A stretch of DNA of 64,000 nucleotides from Chloroherpetonaceae bacterium (GTDB lineage Bacteria; Bacteroidota; Chlorobiia; Chlorobiales; Thermochlorobacteraceae), in assembly GCA_033763895.1 (NCBI GenBank), contig JANRJQ010000004.1:804319-868318 (forward strand), in the 5' to 3' direction. This document shows positions 18,468 through 27,892 of the stretch, in pieces (the first letter of the stretch is position 1; every line of letters begins with the position of its first letter). Below the pieces are notes generated by a model that was not told where the DNA came from, did no database searches, and saw nothing but the letters and a program-made list of their open reading frames with translations. The position numbers were made by a program, and so were the translations under genes.

Positions 18468-20366
18468 CTATGCCCACTCGGCGAGTTCTGACCACCGTGC
18501 CATATCGTTTTCTAGCCGCTTGGTAAGCGTTTCCAATTCATCATAAAGCGGTTTTGCCTTTTCATAATCCGACCCAAGCTTTGAAAGCAAATTCCCAATC
18601 TCCTCTTTTCTTGCCTCGGCTTTTGCTATTGCGGCTTCGAGTTTTTCAAGTTCTTTTCGCTCCTTGCTGCTCAGTTTGCGCGAGTCGCTTGTCGCCGCCG
18701 CCGGCACCGCTTTGGGCGTGGGCTCCGGTTGGGTTTTCTTCTTACTTTCTGCCGACTTTGCCGCGTCTTCTTCTTCTTTACGCTCTGCCAAAAAGTCGGA
18801 GTAGCCGCCGCTGAAATGCCGAAGCGTCGCATCGGGCTCAAAGCGAAAAAGATGCTGCACGGTGCGGTCGAGGAAGTAACGGTCGTGACTAACGACAATG
18901 AGGCATCCCGCGAAGGTATCGAGATAATCTTCGAGCACTTCAAGCGTGGGAATATCCAAGTCGTTGGTAGGCTCATCGAGCAAAAGCACATTCGGGGCCG
19001 ACATCAAGATCTTCAGCAAATACAGCCGCCGTTTTTCACCGCCCGAAAGCTTTGCAATCGGTGAATATTGTGCTTCGGGAGAAAAGAGAAATTTCTCAAG
19101 CATTTGCCCGGCAGAGATGGTTCCGCCGTTAGCGGTTTTGATATGCTCGGCGGTTTCTTTGATGTAATCAATCACGCGCTGCGCGGGGTTTAGTTCGCGG
19201 CTTTCCTGATCGTAGTAGCCGAGCACCACAGTTTCGCCGCGTTGAATTTCGCCTTTATCGGGCTTCTGCCGCCCTGCAATCATTTCAAGCAGCGTCGATT
19301 TCCCGCTGCCATTGGAGCCAATGATGCCGATACGATCGCGCGATTCCATTGGGTAGGTGAAGTCTTTCAGAATTGTTTTATCTCCAAATGATTTTGAAAC
19401 CCCAATGAATTCAAGGGTTTTCTTCCCCAAGCGATTCATTGTGAGCGCGATTTCCATTTTCTCTTTGGCTTTTTCTTCAGGCGTATTAAGCAAGGCTTCG
19501 GCGCGGTCGATTCGCGCTTTCTGCTTGGTGGTGCGGGCTTTTGCGCCCTTTTTCAGCCACGCGAGTTCTTGCTTGCGAAGCTGCCCAAGTTTATGGCCCT
19601 CAATCGCCCGCCGCTCTTCTTCCTCGGCCTTCTTTTCGAGGTAGTAAGCATAGCCGCCGTAAAAGGTTTGCAAGTTGCCGCGGTCGAGTTCGATGATTTT
19701 ATTGGCAACGCGGTCGAGAAAATAACGGTCGTGCGTGACAAGCAAGATGGCGCCGCTGAGGCTTCGGAGATACTCTTCGAGCCAATCGGTGCTTTCGGCA
19801 TCGAGATGGTTGGTGGGTTCATCCAAGATGAGCAAATCGGCCGGGGCGACGAGGGCATGCGCCAAAGCCACGCGTTTGCGCTGACCGCCGGAGAGCGTTT
19901 TCATTTTTGCCTCAAGCGCAGTGATGCCAAGCTTGGCAAGCGAGGATTTCGCAAGGGCTTCGATGCCCCACGCATTTTTTTCATCGATTTTGTGCGAGAG
20001 CGTGGTGAGCCGTTCGATGACTTCATCGGTCGGGTTTCGGTCCAGCTCGATGCAGGTTTTTTCGTAATCAAGAATAAGTTTCAGCGTTTCGTTTTTCGCT
20101 TCAAGCACGGCTTCAAGCACTGTGGATTCGGGGTTGAAGGGCGGGTCTTGCGGCAAATAGATCACGGTTTTGCCGTTTGGTGTGGTCACTCGGCCGGCGT
20201 CGGCTTGTTCTTCACCGGCAATGATTTTAAGCAGGGTTGATTTGCCGCAACCATTGGCGCCGATGACACCCACTTTATCGCGCTCGTCCATCCCGAACGA
20301 AACGCTTTTGAAGAGTTCACGAAGCCCGAAGGTTTTTTTGAGGTTTTCGACGGTTAAGACATTCAT
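18468..20366 (-). CDS. ABC-F family ATPase (Uup/YbiT-like, translation/ribosome-associated class)
   Basis: 632 aa. Two ABC cassettes (GANGCGKST and GSNGSGKST Walker A; LSGGQRKR and LSGGEKRR signatures; LILDEPTNHLD and LLLDEPTNDLD), no TM domain, and a charged C-terminal coiled coil. Confidence 0.9.
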   Translation of the reverse strand: MNVLTVENLKKTFGLRELFKSVSFGMDERDKVGVIGANGCGKSTLLKIIAGEEQADAGRVTTPNGKTVIYLPQDPPFNPESTVLEAVLEAKNETLKLILDYEKTCIELDRNPTDEVIERLTTLSHKIDEKNAWGIEALAKSSLAKLGITALEAKMKTLSGGQRKRVALAHALVAPADLLILDEPTNHLDAESTDWLEEYLRSLSGAILLVTHDRYFLDRVANKIIELDRGNLQTFYGGYAYYLEKKAEEEERRAIEGHKLGQLRKQELAWLKKGAKARTTKQKARIDRAEALLNTPEEKAKEKMEIALTMNRLGKKTLEFIGVSKSFGDKTILKDFTYPMESRDRIGIIGSNGSGKSTLLEMIAGRQKPDKGEIQRGETVVLGYYDQESRELNPAQRVIDYIKETAEHIKTANGGTISAGQMLEKFLFSPEAQYSPIAKLSGGEKRRLYLLKILMSAPNVLLLDEPTNDLDIPTLEVLEDYLDTFAGCLIVVSHDRYFLDRTVQHLFRFEPDATLRHFSGGYSDFLAERKEEEDAAKSAESKKKTQPEPTPKAVPAAATSDSRKLSSKERKELEKLEAAIAKAEARKEEIGNLLSKLGSDYEKAKPLYDELETLTKRLENDMARWSELAEWA

Positions 20367-20523
20367 ACTTTTGGTTCATGCGTTTAATTGACCCCAAAAT
20401 ACGCCATTCTTGGGCAATGCAACGGGAAGTTTCTTCGCGAGGCATTGCAGAAATTCAATTTTTGAGCGATTTTAATATAAAAACGCTTTTTGAGTGCGCC
20501 GAAATTACAATAGGGTATTTTAT

Positions 20524-20613
20524 CGGAAAGAAAGCCTTATTTCAACCGTGAGAAAGCCTTATTGTTACGGAAAGAATAGGTTATTCTTTCCGTGAGAATA
20601 GGTTAATGTTGGC
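20524..20613. repeat. four alternating repeats of about 22 bp, including a perfect 12-bp inverted repeat
   Basis: Units CGGAAAGAAAGCCTTATT / CGTGAGAAAGCCTTATT / CGGAAAGAATAGGTTATT / CGTGAGAATAGGTTAAT. ACGGAAAGAATA-ggt-TATTCTTTCCGT lies at 20567-20593. Confidence 0.7.
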
Positions 20614-20614
20614 G

Positions 20615-20758
20615 TTGAAATCAAGCTTTGTTTCAGACTTGAAATCAAGCTTTGTTTCAGCCGTCAAAACAAGCTTTGATTTAACCTTGAAATCAAGCTT
20701 TGATTTGAGCGTTAAACCTAAGCTTGATTTTAACTTCAAAAATGACTTTTGAGGTCGG
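20615..20758. repeat. tandem array of 24-bp dyad-symmetric repeats (5 good copies plus 1 degenerate)
   Basis: Units start at 20615, 20639, 20663, 20687, 20711 and 20735 (the last degenerate). Consensus is TTGAAATCAAGCTTTGATTTNANC, and each unit can fold as AAATCAA-gct-TTGATTT. Confidence 0.85.
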
Positions 20759-21013
20759 ATTTCATTCAAAAAGATACAAAAATGTAAGCGGCGATAGATT
20801 TCACCTTTAAACCGGCTTCTATTTTTAAGTTGAAATGGTTTTTACCAAACCGCCCTTAATTTTTCGAGGAAGTATTAAGGAAGAAAGGACACGCGAGATT
20901 CTCGATGTGGCGAATCATCCCATTGAAAAAATATTTAAGGATGGTATTTGTTTTTAGGAGGGTTTTCACGCCAATTTACGAAATCGATCGCTAAGTAAAA
21001 TGGTAATAAAACT

Positions 21014-22084
21014 CTAAGGATAAACAATCAGAAAAATAAAAGCCAATAAATTTACAAGTAACACGGTTCCATACACGACGTTGCTTTTTCCACTGTTCAA
21101 AGAAAGAATAACTGTGAAAGTAGAGAGCATTAATAATATGATTGAAAGGGAATCCAACCCCAAAATAATTTCCATATTGTAGGCATAACAAACCAATGAA
21201 ACAGCAGGGATGGTTAAGCCAATACTGGCGAGTGCAGACCCTAAAGCTAAATTCAAACTTGACTGAAGTTTATTGTTTTTGGCGGCGGCAATGGCAGCGA
21301 TGCCTTCCGGAAGAAGAATAATTGCCGCAATGATGATTCCAACGAGCGTTTTTGGCAAGTGATAACCCAAGACAATTTTCTCAATTGTTGGAGAAAGAGT
21401 TTTAGCCAATAAAACAACAATCAATAAGCTAATAAGCAAAAATACGGTGCTGATGAGGAAGTCACGTGTCGATACCTTATGCGGCGTTTCGCTTTCTTGT
21501 GAATCGTTGCTCGTTAAAAAATACTCTCTATGCCGAACTGTTTGCGCAAATAAAAATGATGCATAAATGATAACGCACACAGCCGAAGCAAAAAGAAGTT
21601 GGGTGGTTGAATAGTAGGGACCTGAAATCGTGGTGGTAAATGAAGGAAGGATTAATGTAAACACCACGATTGAAACCAAAGAGACCAACGCAATTCGAAC
21701 CGAGTGTGCTGAAAACGTTTGTTCGTGATGCTTTAATCCTCCCAAAAAAAGACACATCCCCACAATTCCGTTTAATATCAGCATTACGGCAGCAAAAACA
21801 GTATCTCGTGCTAAAGTTACCCCTTCGCTACCACTTGAAATCATTAATGAAATAATCACAGAAACTTCGATAATCGTAACGGCAACAGCCAATATGATTG
21901 TTCCAAAAGGTTCACCAACCCGATGGGCAATAATTTCTGAATGATGCACCGCAGACATCACCGAGCCAATTAATAACGCACCTGCCAATAATTGAAGTAT
22001 TGCATAATCATGAATTAGATTTGTCATGTAAAGCAGGGAAGCTAAAATGGGCAGCGTAATTGTCCATTGATAAAACTGTTTCAT
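21014..22084 (-). CDS. Ca2+/H+ (cation/proton) antiporter, CaCA/ChaA family
   Basis: 356 aa with about 10-11 TM helices. Two alpha-repeat-like regions (VGEPFGTIILAVAVTIIEV and LLPEGIAAIAAA) are separated by an acidic loop. Confidence 0.7.
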   Translation of the reverse strand: MKQFYQWTITLPILASLLYMTNLIHDYAILQLLAGALLIGSVMSAVHHSEIIAHRVGEPFGTIILAVAVTIIEVSVIISLMISSGSEGVTLARDTVFAAVMLILNGIVGMCLFLGGLKHHEQTFSAHSVRIALVSLVSIVVFTLILPSFTTTISGPYYSTTQLLFASAVCVIIYASFLFAQTVRHREYFLTSNDSQESETPHKVSTRDFLISTVFLLISLLIVVLLAKTLSPTIEKIVLGYHLPKTLVGIIIAAIILLPEGIAAIAAAKNNKLQSSLNLALGSALASIGLTIPAVSLVCYAYNMEIILGLDSLSIILLMLSTFTVILSLNSGKSNVVYGTVLLVNLLAFIFLIVYP

Positions 22085-22265
22085 AGTTTAGGATTTTAGG
22101 AGATACTAATTCTTGTTTAAGCAGAATAATTTGATGGAAATAAATTTTTTTTCTCAACCTTAATAGACATAATCTTTTAGGTTCTTTGCAATTGGATAAA
22201 ATCAAAAAAGGTAATATCCGACTTTACTTGACTGAGAAACCGCATTGAACTTCGAACAGATCGGT

Positions 22266-23474
22266 TCAATTCGTCGCCTTATCCGGCAATGGCGCTGTCG
22301 TGAAAAAGTCATTGTAAAACCGCTGCAAGTAGCTCTCTAATAGTTCATCTACCCGCGAGGCTTTTGGGGATGTCACAATAAGCCCGGCATGATGCTTCCG
22401 ATTCATTTTCCACCAAACTTCGGGATCATTGTAGGCACTCATATCCGGATGCTCTTGCTTTGCGAGCGAAATTAATAGTGCGGCAGTATTTTTTTCTGCT
22501 ATTGGTGGCATATAGCTTTTTTCTCCTTGTTCGCATTCTATCTTTGCCCATTCACGCCAAAGGTTCACGCCCGTAGCGGCTTCAACAAGTTCGGCAATAT
22601 TCGCCCCGCCAACCCGCGCTGAGGTTTCAAGAAAATAAACCGTGCCGTCCTTCCCCATAATAAACTCAGTATGAGAAACCCCTCGCACCAGCCCAAGCGT
22701 TTGCAAGACAGTCTTATTGGCTTTCAATACAGCTTTTGCCTCCGCCGAAGTTGGAGAAAGCGTTTTGGTGGTAAATACATCGCCTTGATGCGCCACATGC
22801 ATTGGCGGTTTGCCATATTTGCTAGCACACGCAAAAACCACGGCCCGCTCCGATATGACTGAATCGACATGATAAACATCCCCTTCCACAAATCGCTCCA
22901 TCAAATAAAATGATTGTTTATCACCCAAGTGGTCTAAGTGACGCCAAAGCTCTTCCTCATGATGAATTTTTTTTATTCCAAGCGCTGAAGCTTGCATTCT
23001 TGGTTTTACTAACCAAGGACCCGGAACGCGCTTCATAAATTCGCGAAGGGCATCGTAATGAAGCACATGAACAAAATCGGGCACCGCTATCGCAGCTTCT
23101 TTTGCGCGAACACGCATTGCAAGTTTATCGCGGAAATATCGCGCGGTAGTATCGCCCATTCCTCCAATTCGCAAATGCTCCCTTAGCGCAGCGCCAGTTT
23201 CTACATCAAAATCATCAAGCGGGACAATGCGATCAATGCGGTGATTGCGTGCCATATAACTGACCCCGTAAATTACATCTTGCCTGTTCCACTCTTTATC
23301 TTTATCGGGAATCAAAAAAATATCATCCAAACTTTCACGTGGCCAATCAGCGCCGGCAATGCTTTGGGAAGTTAATAGAAAAACGCGCGCGCCTTGCCGC
23401 TTGCATTCGCGCATGAATTCTTGACCCTTTTCATAACTAGCAAGGCAAAGAACGGTGAATGGCTGTGTGCTCAT
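22266..23474 (-). CDS. ATP-grasp domain enzyme (carboxylate-amine ligase type), substrate unknown
   Basis: 402 aa. Pre-ATP-grasp N-terminus, the pattern WLVKPRMQASALGIKKI ... FVEGDVYHVDSV ... HTEFIMGKDGTVYFLETSARVGG is typical of the ATP-grasp fold. Confidence 0.7.
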   Translation of the reverse strand: MSTQPFTVLCLASYEKGQEFMRECKRQGARVFLLTSQSIAGADWPRESLDDIFLIPDKDKEWNRQDVIYGVSYMARNHRIDRIVPLDDFDVETGAALREHLRIGGMGDTTARYFRDKLAMRVRAKEAAIAVPDFVHVLHYDALREFMKRVPGPWLVKPRMQASALGIKKIHHEEELWRHLDHLGDKQSFYLMERFVEGDVYHVDSVISERAVVFACASKYGKPPMHVAHQGDVFTTKTLSPTSAEAKAVLKANKTVLQTLGLVRGVSHTEFIMGKDGTVYFLETSARVGGANIAELVEAATGVNLWREWAKIECEQGEKSYMPPIAEKNTAALLISLAKQEHPDMSAYNDPEVWWKMNRKHHAGLIVTSPKASRVDELLESYLQRFYNDFFTTAPLPDKATN

Positions 23475-23657
23475 AGATTTTTAGAATTTATTTTGAAAAC
23501 CAATGGCCTCCCGTAAGGGTCTCAGGAAGTGATGATGGTGATGTGCTTAATGCTTATTGTTTTGGGAAAAAGAAAATACAACGTGAATGCAATTTATCCA
23601 TTCAAAAAAAATCGGTTGTGGGTTTCAACCCCTTTTTCTTTCAAGTTCAATACGATT

Positions 23658-24671
23658 TCAATTCGGGCGCTTGAATATAAACAGCAATGGACGACGGTCT
23701 TGAGGGGCATTTCTTCGAGCGTCCTGATTATTATCCAAAATGACATAGATATGTGATTCATCCATCCATAATCCTTCGGCTAAGCCGTAAGTGGTATCTT
23801 GATAACTAAAATCGGGATGGGTGACCCAATTCGAAAAACGCCACAATCCTTTTTCATGAAATTTTCCATCCTTGAAGTCCATTTCAAGTATGCCTTCTGC
23901 GCCGCGATACAAAAGAAAAATTCGATTTTCTTGTGATATCCTCTCGACATCTTCACGAGCCGGGGAATCGTTACTTTTTTCTTGAACAGGTTCAATAAAA
24001 ATGTCTGAGAAGTCGGGCGTTCTGGGCATCTTCAGTTCCGCTTTTGTTTCAGGAATTAAATACCCCACCACTTTTTGAATTGAATCTCTCGCATCGAGTT
24101 TGACATAAATTATCCCATTCACTTCCCGTTCAGCTGAGAGTAAAAATTCTTTTGCACTTACAACCGCAATCCCTTCAAGACCCGCATTGCGATTGACAAG
24201 CATGCCGCAGTCTTTGACAAAAGGCTTTAAATCGGGCGTCAATACGAATGTTTCTCCTGTTTTGGGATTCACTTTGATAATTTTGGACTGTGCTTCGCTA
24301 ACGAGATAAAAATTCCCATCCGTAGATTTTGAGATTCCCTCAAAGTCACATTTCTCAGGCAATGCCCCATTGGAATAAATATGGAATTTTCTTTCTTCCT
24401 TTGGGTACAGTGGTTCAATTAGAATGCGAGCGGTTCCCTCTGAGCCGTAGGTTCGATCAGTCAGTTTAGGAAGCGTTACGGAATAAAGTGTTGAGTCATC
24501 TTTATCGCATACAAACCAAAGTTTCCCGTCTTGCATCTCAAGTCCCGAAGGTTCTACCGGGTGTGTGGATTCAATGAGAAATACCTGCTTAAGTTCCAAA
24601 TCCACTGTTTTCATCGTTCCACAACCGCTTAGGAACACCATAACCAAGACATGCAAAAGCATCTTCCTCAT
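23658..24671 (-). CDS. lipoprotein, beta-propeller-like (SdiA-regulated/phytase-like fold guess)
   Basis: The ORF extends to 24743, but MRKMLLHVLVMVFLSGC (start 24671) gives a signal peptide plus lipobox. The fold assignment is tentative. Confidence 0.6.
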   Translation of the reverse strand: MRKMLLHVLVMVFLSGCGTMKTVDLELKQVFLIESTHPVEPSGLEMQDGKLWFVCDKDDSTLYSVTLPKLTDRTYGSEGTARILIEPLYPKEERKFHIYSNGALPEKCDFEGISKSTDGNFYLVSEAQSKIIKVNPKTGETFVLTPDLKPFVKDCGMLVNRNAGLEGIAVVSAKEFLLSAEREVNGIIYVKLDARDSIQKVVGYLIPETKAELKMPRTPDFSDIFIEPVQEKSNDSPAREDVERISQENRIFLLYRGAEGILEMDFKDGKFHEKGLWRFSNWVTHPDFSYQDTTYGLAEGLWMDESHIYVILDNNQDARRNAPQDRRPLLFIFKRPN

Positions 24672-24920
24672 AGATAACCCGATATTCTTGCTTTGGCGAA
24701 TCTTTTGAGAGAAGAAAAGGGGCGAGTGCGGTACAAAGTTCAACTTAATAATATTATTTGGTGTATAACACTGGTTCGATATTTTGACCTATTTTCGCTC
24801 AATGTTAAAAGTCGAAAATCGGTTCAATCCAACAAAAGTGCTTTAATCTGTTTTGAAAACAAAAAGTAACAAAGTTACAAATCGTATTTCCGTTAACAAA
24901 ATTTAACTATAATTTTATCT

Positions 24921-25538
24921 ATGAACCGCTATTCTTCCCAAGCCATTGAAAATCTCATCGAAGAATTATCGCAATTACCCGGAATTGGGAAAAAAACCGC
25001 TCAAAGGCTTGCGCTTCATCTTCTGCGCGATTCCCCTGAAAATGTTAAGCGTTTAGCAACTGCCATTACCGAAGCCAAAGAAAAAGTGATTTACTGCAGC
25101 GTTTGCTGTAACATGACCGATCGGCATCAAGACCCTTGTCCGGTTTGCATGAGCCCCAAACGAAATCGCACCGTCATCTGCGTGGTTGAGTCTCCTGCCG
25201 ATGTCATCGCATTTGAAAAAACCAATCAATACACCGGGCTTTATCATGTTTTACACGGCGTGATTTCCCCTCTTGACGGCATCGGGCCTAACGAATTGAA
25301 GGTCAAGGAATTGCTAGCACGATTTTCGAATCCTGAGTCCCCCATTATTTCTGAAATCGTCTTGGCATTAAGCCCCACGGTTGAAGGAGAAACAACGGTT
25401 TTATATCTCTCGAAGCTGCTCAAGCCCTTAGGCGTTAGAGTCTCGCGTATCGCCCGTGGGATTCCGATTGGAAGTGAATTAGAGTTTATCGATGAAGCCA
25501 CGCTCACCCGAGCTCTTGAAGGGAGAGCGGAAGTTTAA
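24921..25538 (+). CDS. recR: recombination protein RecR
   Basis: 205 aa. N-terminal HhH ([13 protein letters not shown]), Zn finger CSVCCN...CPVC, and a Toprim region ([10 protein letters not shown] ... GGE-type). Confidence 0.92.
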   Translation: MNRYSSQAIENLIEELSQLPGIGKKTAQRLALHLLRDSPENVKRLATAITEAKEKVIYCSVCCNMTDRHQDPCPVCMSPKRNRTVICVVESPADVIAFEKTNQYTGLYHVLHGVISPLDGIGPNELKVKELLARFSNPESPIISEIVLALSPTVEGETTVLYLSKLLKPLGVRVSRIARGIPIGSELEFIDEATLTRALEGRAEV

Positions 25539-25694
25539 TCAGTTAACATTCCTTCGGGTTATGATTTTTTGAATGACTTAATTCATTTTTTGAAAAACGG
25601 TCACTCCCTTTATGAGTGGAATTTCATCGCCCTTAGGCTAGCCCTATTTTAGACGCTTAGTGCCCGGCAGTCGATTTTCCTCCGCCAAACTCGC

Positions 25695-27512
25695 TCACTT
25701 TTTCTTTATGCTATCAAGCCGATCAAGCCATACCCATTTATAATCGTTACGACTCATTGCGTTCAGGGGATTGTCACGCACTTCTGCATGCAACACACGC
25801 TCTTCTTTCGGATAAGTAAGAATCACAAGCGAAGCATCATCAACAGCAATTTGCTCAGCCTGTTGGTAAAGCTTGTATCGCAGCGAATCATTAGGGGTTG
25901 ATAACGCTTTTTCATAAATCGAATTGAATTGCGGGCTGTTGTAACGTTGCATATTTGGGAAACTTCGCTCATCTGGATTTTTTGGCAAAAGTTTACCGTA
26001 GTAAAGATTGAGGAAATTTTGGGGCTCTGCATAATCAGCCACCCACTCTTGCTTATAGAAAGCGACTTTCCCACTTTCAATGCTCCGATTTAACTCCGCC
26101 CACTCTATTTGACGAATTGAAACACGAATAGAAAGTGTCTCGGTTATCATTCGCTCAATCGCACGCGCAATTCGCAAAGTCTTTTCACTGTTTGCGGGAA
26201 TGTGTAGAATTAACTCAGGAAAATTTTTACCATTTGGAAATCCCGCTTGTGCCAGAAGTTTTTTGGCTTGATTCGGGTCGTACTTAAATCCCTTTATGAG
26301 CGAAGCGCGGTATTTCGGCATTGTAGGTGGGGTAAATCCAAAATTCGCCGCAACACCCTCGCCCTTCAATTCGGTTCTTTCCAAGAGTTCTCGGTTAATC
26401 GCAAAAGCAATCGCTTGCCGCACTTTTACATCTGTAAATGGGGCTTGCATGACATGAAGTCCCAAAAATTCGGTTGCTAAAGCAGGAACCCATTGATAGC
26501 GGAAGTCTCTCTGATACTCGGGTGACAGCCGAAGTCCGGTTTCATCCAACCATAGACTTCGGATATCACCCGGTAAACCGGAAGATTCCAGCAAGTTTCC
26601 TTTCTTGAATTCTGCTTGCTGCATCCCCCGATCCGGGATATAGCTGACACGAATTTCATTCAAGAAAGGAAGTGAATTTCCAAACTCATCTTTCCCCCAA
26701 TAGCCATCATTTCGTTTGATTAAAATTGATTTCGTTATTCCGTTTTCCTTCACCCCCATTTCTTTGATCATAAAGGGACCGGTGCCCACAGGATGTCTCC
26801 CAAAGTTTTCACCGTAAAAAAGCACGGCTTCTTTGGGAACGATGTAGCAAAACCCATTGGTGAGGGTCATTAAGAAAGGCCCAAACGGCTTATTCAGTCG
26901 AATCCGAAATCGAAGCCGGTCAACCACTTCGAAACCTTTCACTTCATTTATTCTTGGTTCGCGTCCCTGTTCCAATGCCGCTTTTTGTTCCTCGTAGAAT
27001 TCGGTAGCTCCATACACGATATCCTTAAACACATAGAAGCCAACAGGCGAGTATCGCGGGTTACAAACCCGTTCAAATGAAAACTTCACATCCTCAGCAG
27101 AGACCGCTCTCACCACCCCTTGAGGGAAGCAATTGTCTTGATGAAAATACACGCTATCTCGGAGAGTGAAAGTATAGGTTGTTCCACCATCTTCAATCGT
27201 CCACGATTTGGCAAGCTCCGGCGTCAGTTGTAGGGTTTTGGAATCTAAATCGACAAGGAGTTCAAAAATTTGATGCGCTAGCGTTATCGATGAAGCATCA
27301 GAGATATTGATGGGGTCTAAAGATTCGATTGGTATTGAAACACTGTATGAATAGGATCCTCCATAAACTTTTCCATTGCTTCCCGCCGAGTATTCACTTC
27401 GGAGCTGAGGTTCATTTTGATTCATACATCCCGAAACAAAGAAAAAGAGCTGAATGATCATCAATGCTCTTTTTCCTTGCTTCATTGATAATTGATTTAA
27501 CTTATATCCCAC
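25695..27512 (-). CDS. ABC transporter substrate-binding protein, family 5 (peptide/nickel type), lipoprotein
   Basis: 605 aa. Signal peptide/lipobox LFFFVSGC (the true start may be at MKQGKR, 27485). The overall pattern resembles OppA/DppA-type SBPs. No permease genes are adjacent. Confidence 0.75.
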   Translation of the reverse strand: MGYKLNQLSMKQGKRALMIIQLFFFVSGCMNQNEPQLRSEYSAGSNGKVYGGSYSYSVSIPIESLDPINISDASSITLAHQIFELLVDLDSKTLQLTPELAKSWTIEDGGTTYTFTLRDSVYFHQDNCFPQGVVRAVSAEDVKFSFERVCNPRYSPVGFYVFKDIVYGATEFYEEQKAALEQGREPRINEVKGFEVVDRLRFRIRLNKPFGPFLMTLTNGFCYIVPKEAVLFYGENFGRHPVGTGPFMIKEMGVKENGITKSILIKRNDGYWGKDEFGNSLPFLNEIRVSYIPDRGMQQAEFKKGNLLESSGLPGDIRSLWLDETGLRLSPEYQRDFRYQWVPALATEFLGLHVMQAPFTDVKVRQAIAFAINRELLERTELKGEGVAANFGFTPPTMPKYRASLIKGFKYDPNQAKKLLAQAGFPNGKNFPELILHIPANSEKTLRIARAIERMITETLSIRVSIRQIEWAELNRSIESGKVAFYKQEWVADYAEPQNFLNLYYGKLLPKNPDERSFPNMQRYNSPQFNSIYEKALSTPNDSLRYKLYQQAEQIAVDDASLVILTYPKEERVLHAEVRDNPLNAMSRNDYKWVWLDRLDSIKKK

Positions 27513-27892
27513 AGGTTTTGCTCTTTATTCAAAAAGGGTGCTTTGTTTGTGTTTTTCATACAAAGCCGATTCCCTCTCATTTTTCCGAATTGCATTAATT
27601 AAGAATCGTTCAAAACCGAACTCACCCGTTCTGTTCAAAAGATTCATTAAAGATTGAAAGACAGCCTTAAATATACATTATTTTAGACCTGCAATGCGGT
27701 TAAATATCACATCAGTTGATGCGTTCCCATTGTGTTCCGCTTCACCCGTTCGAGAAACTCGGCTTGATTCCAAAGAGACGCGACTATTTTTTTCCCTTTT
27801 GTTTATAAATCTTTAGACTTTTTTTCGTCTATTTTTCTTTTCATTTTTAGCAGATTTAAACTGCAAGCCCATAACCAAGTGAACTTAAAAGA

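Noticed and set aside
20581-20769. 62-aa minus-strand ORF with a KLDFK 8-aa periodicity. I also considered whether the array is CRISPR.
   Set aside because: The periodicity follows directly from the 24-bp tandem DNA repeat. The units are contiguous with no unique spacers, which rules out CRISPR. There is no RBS or start-codon context.
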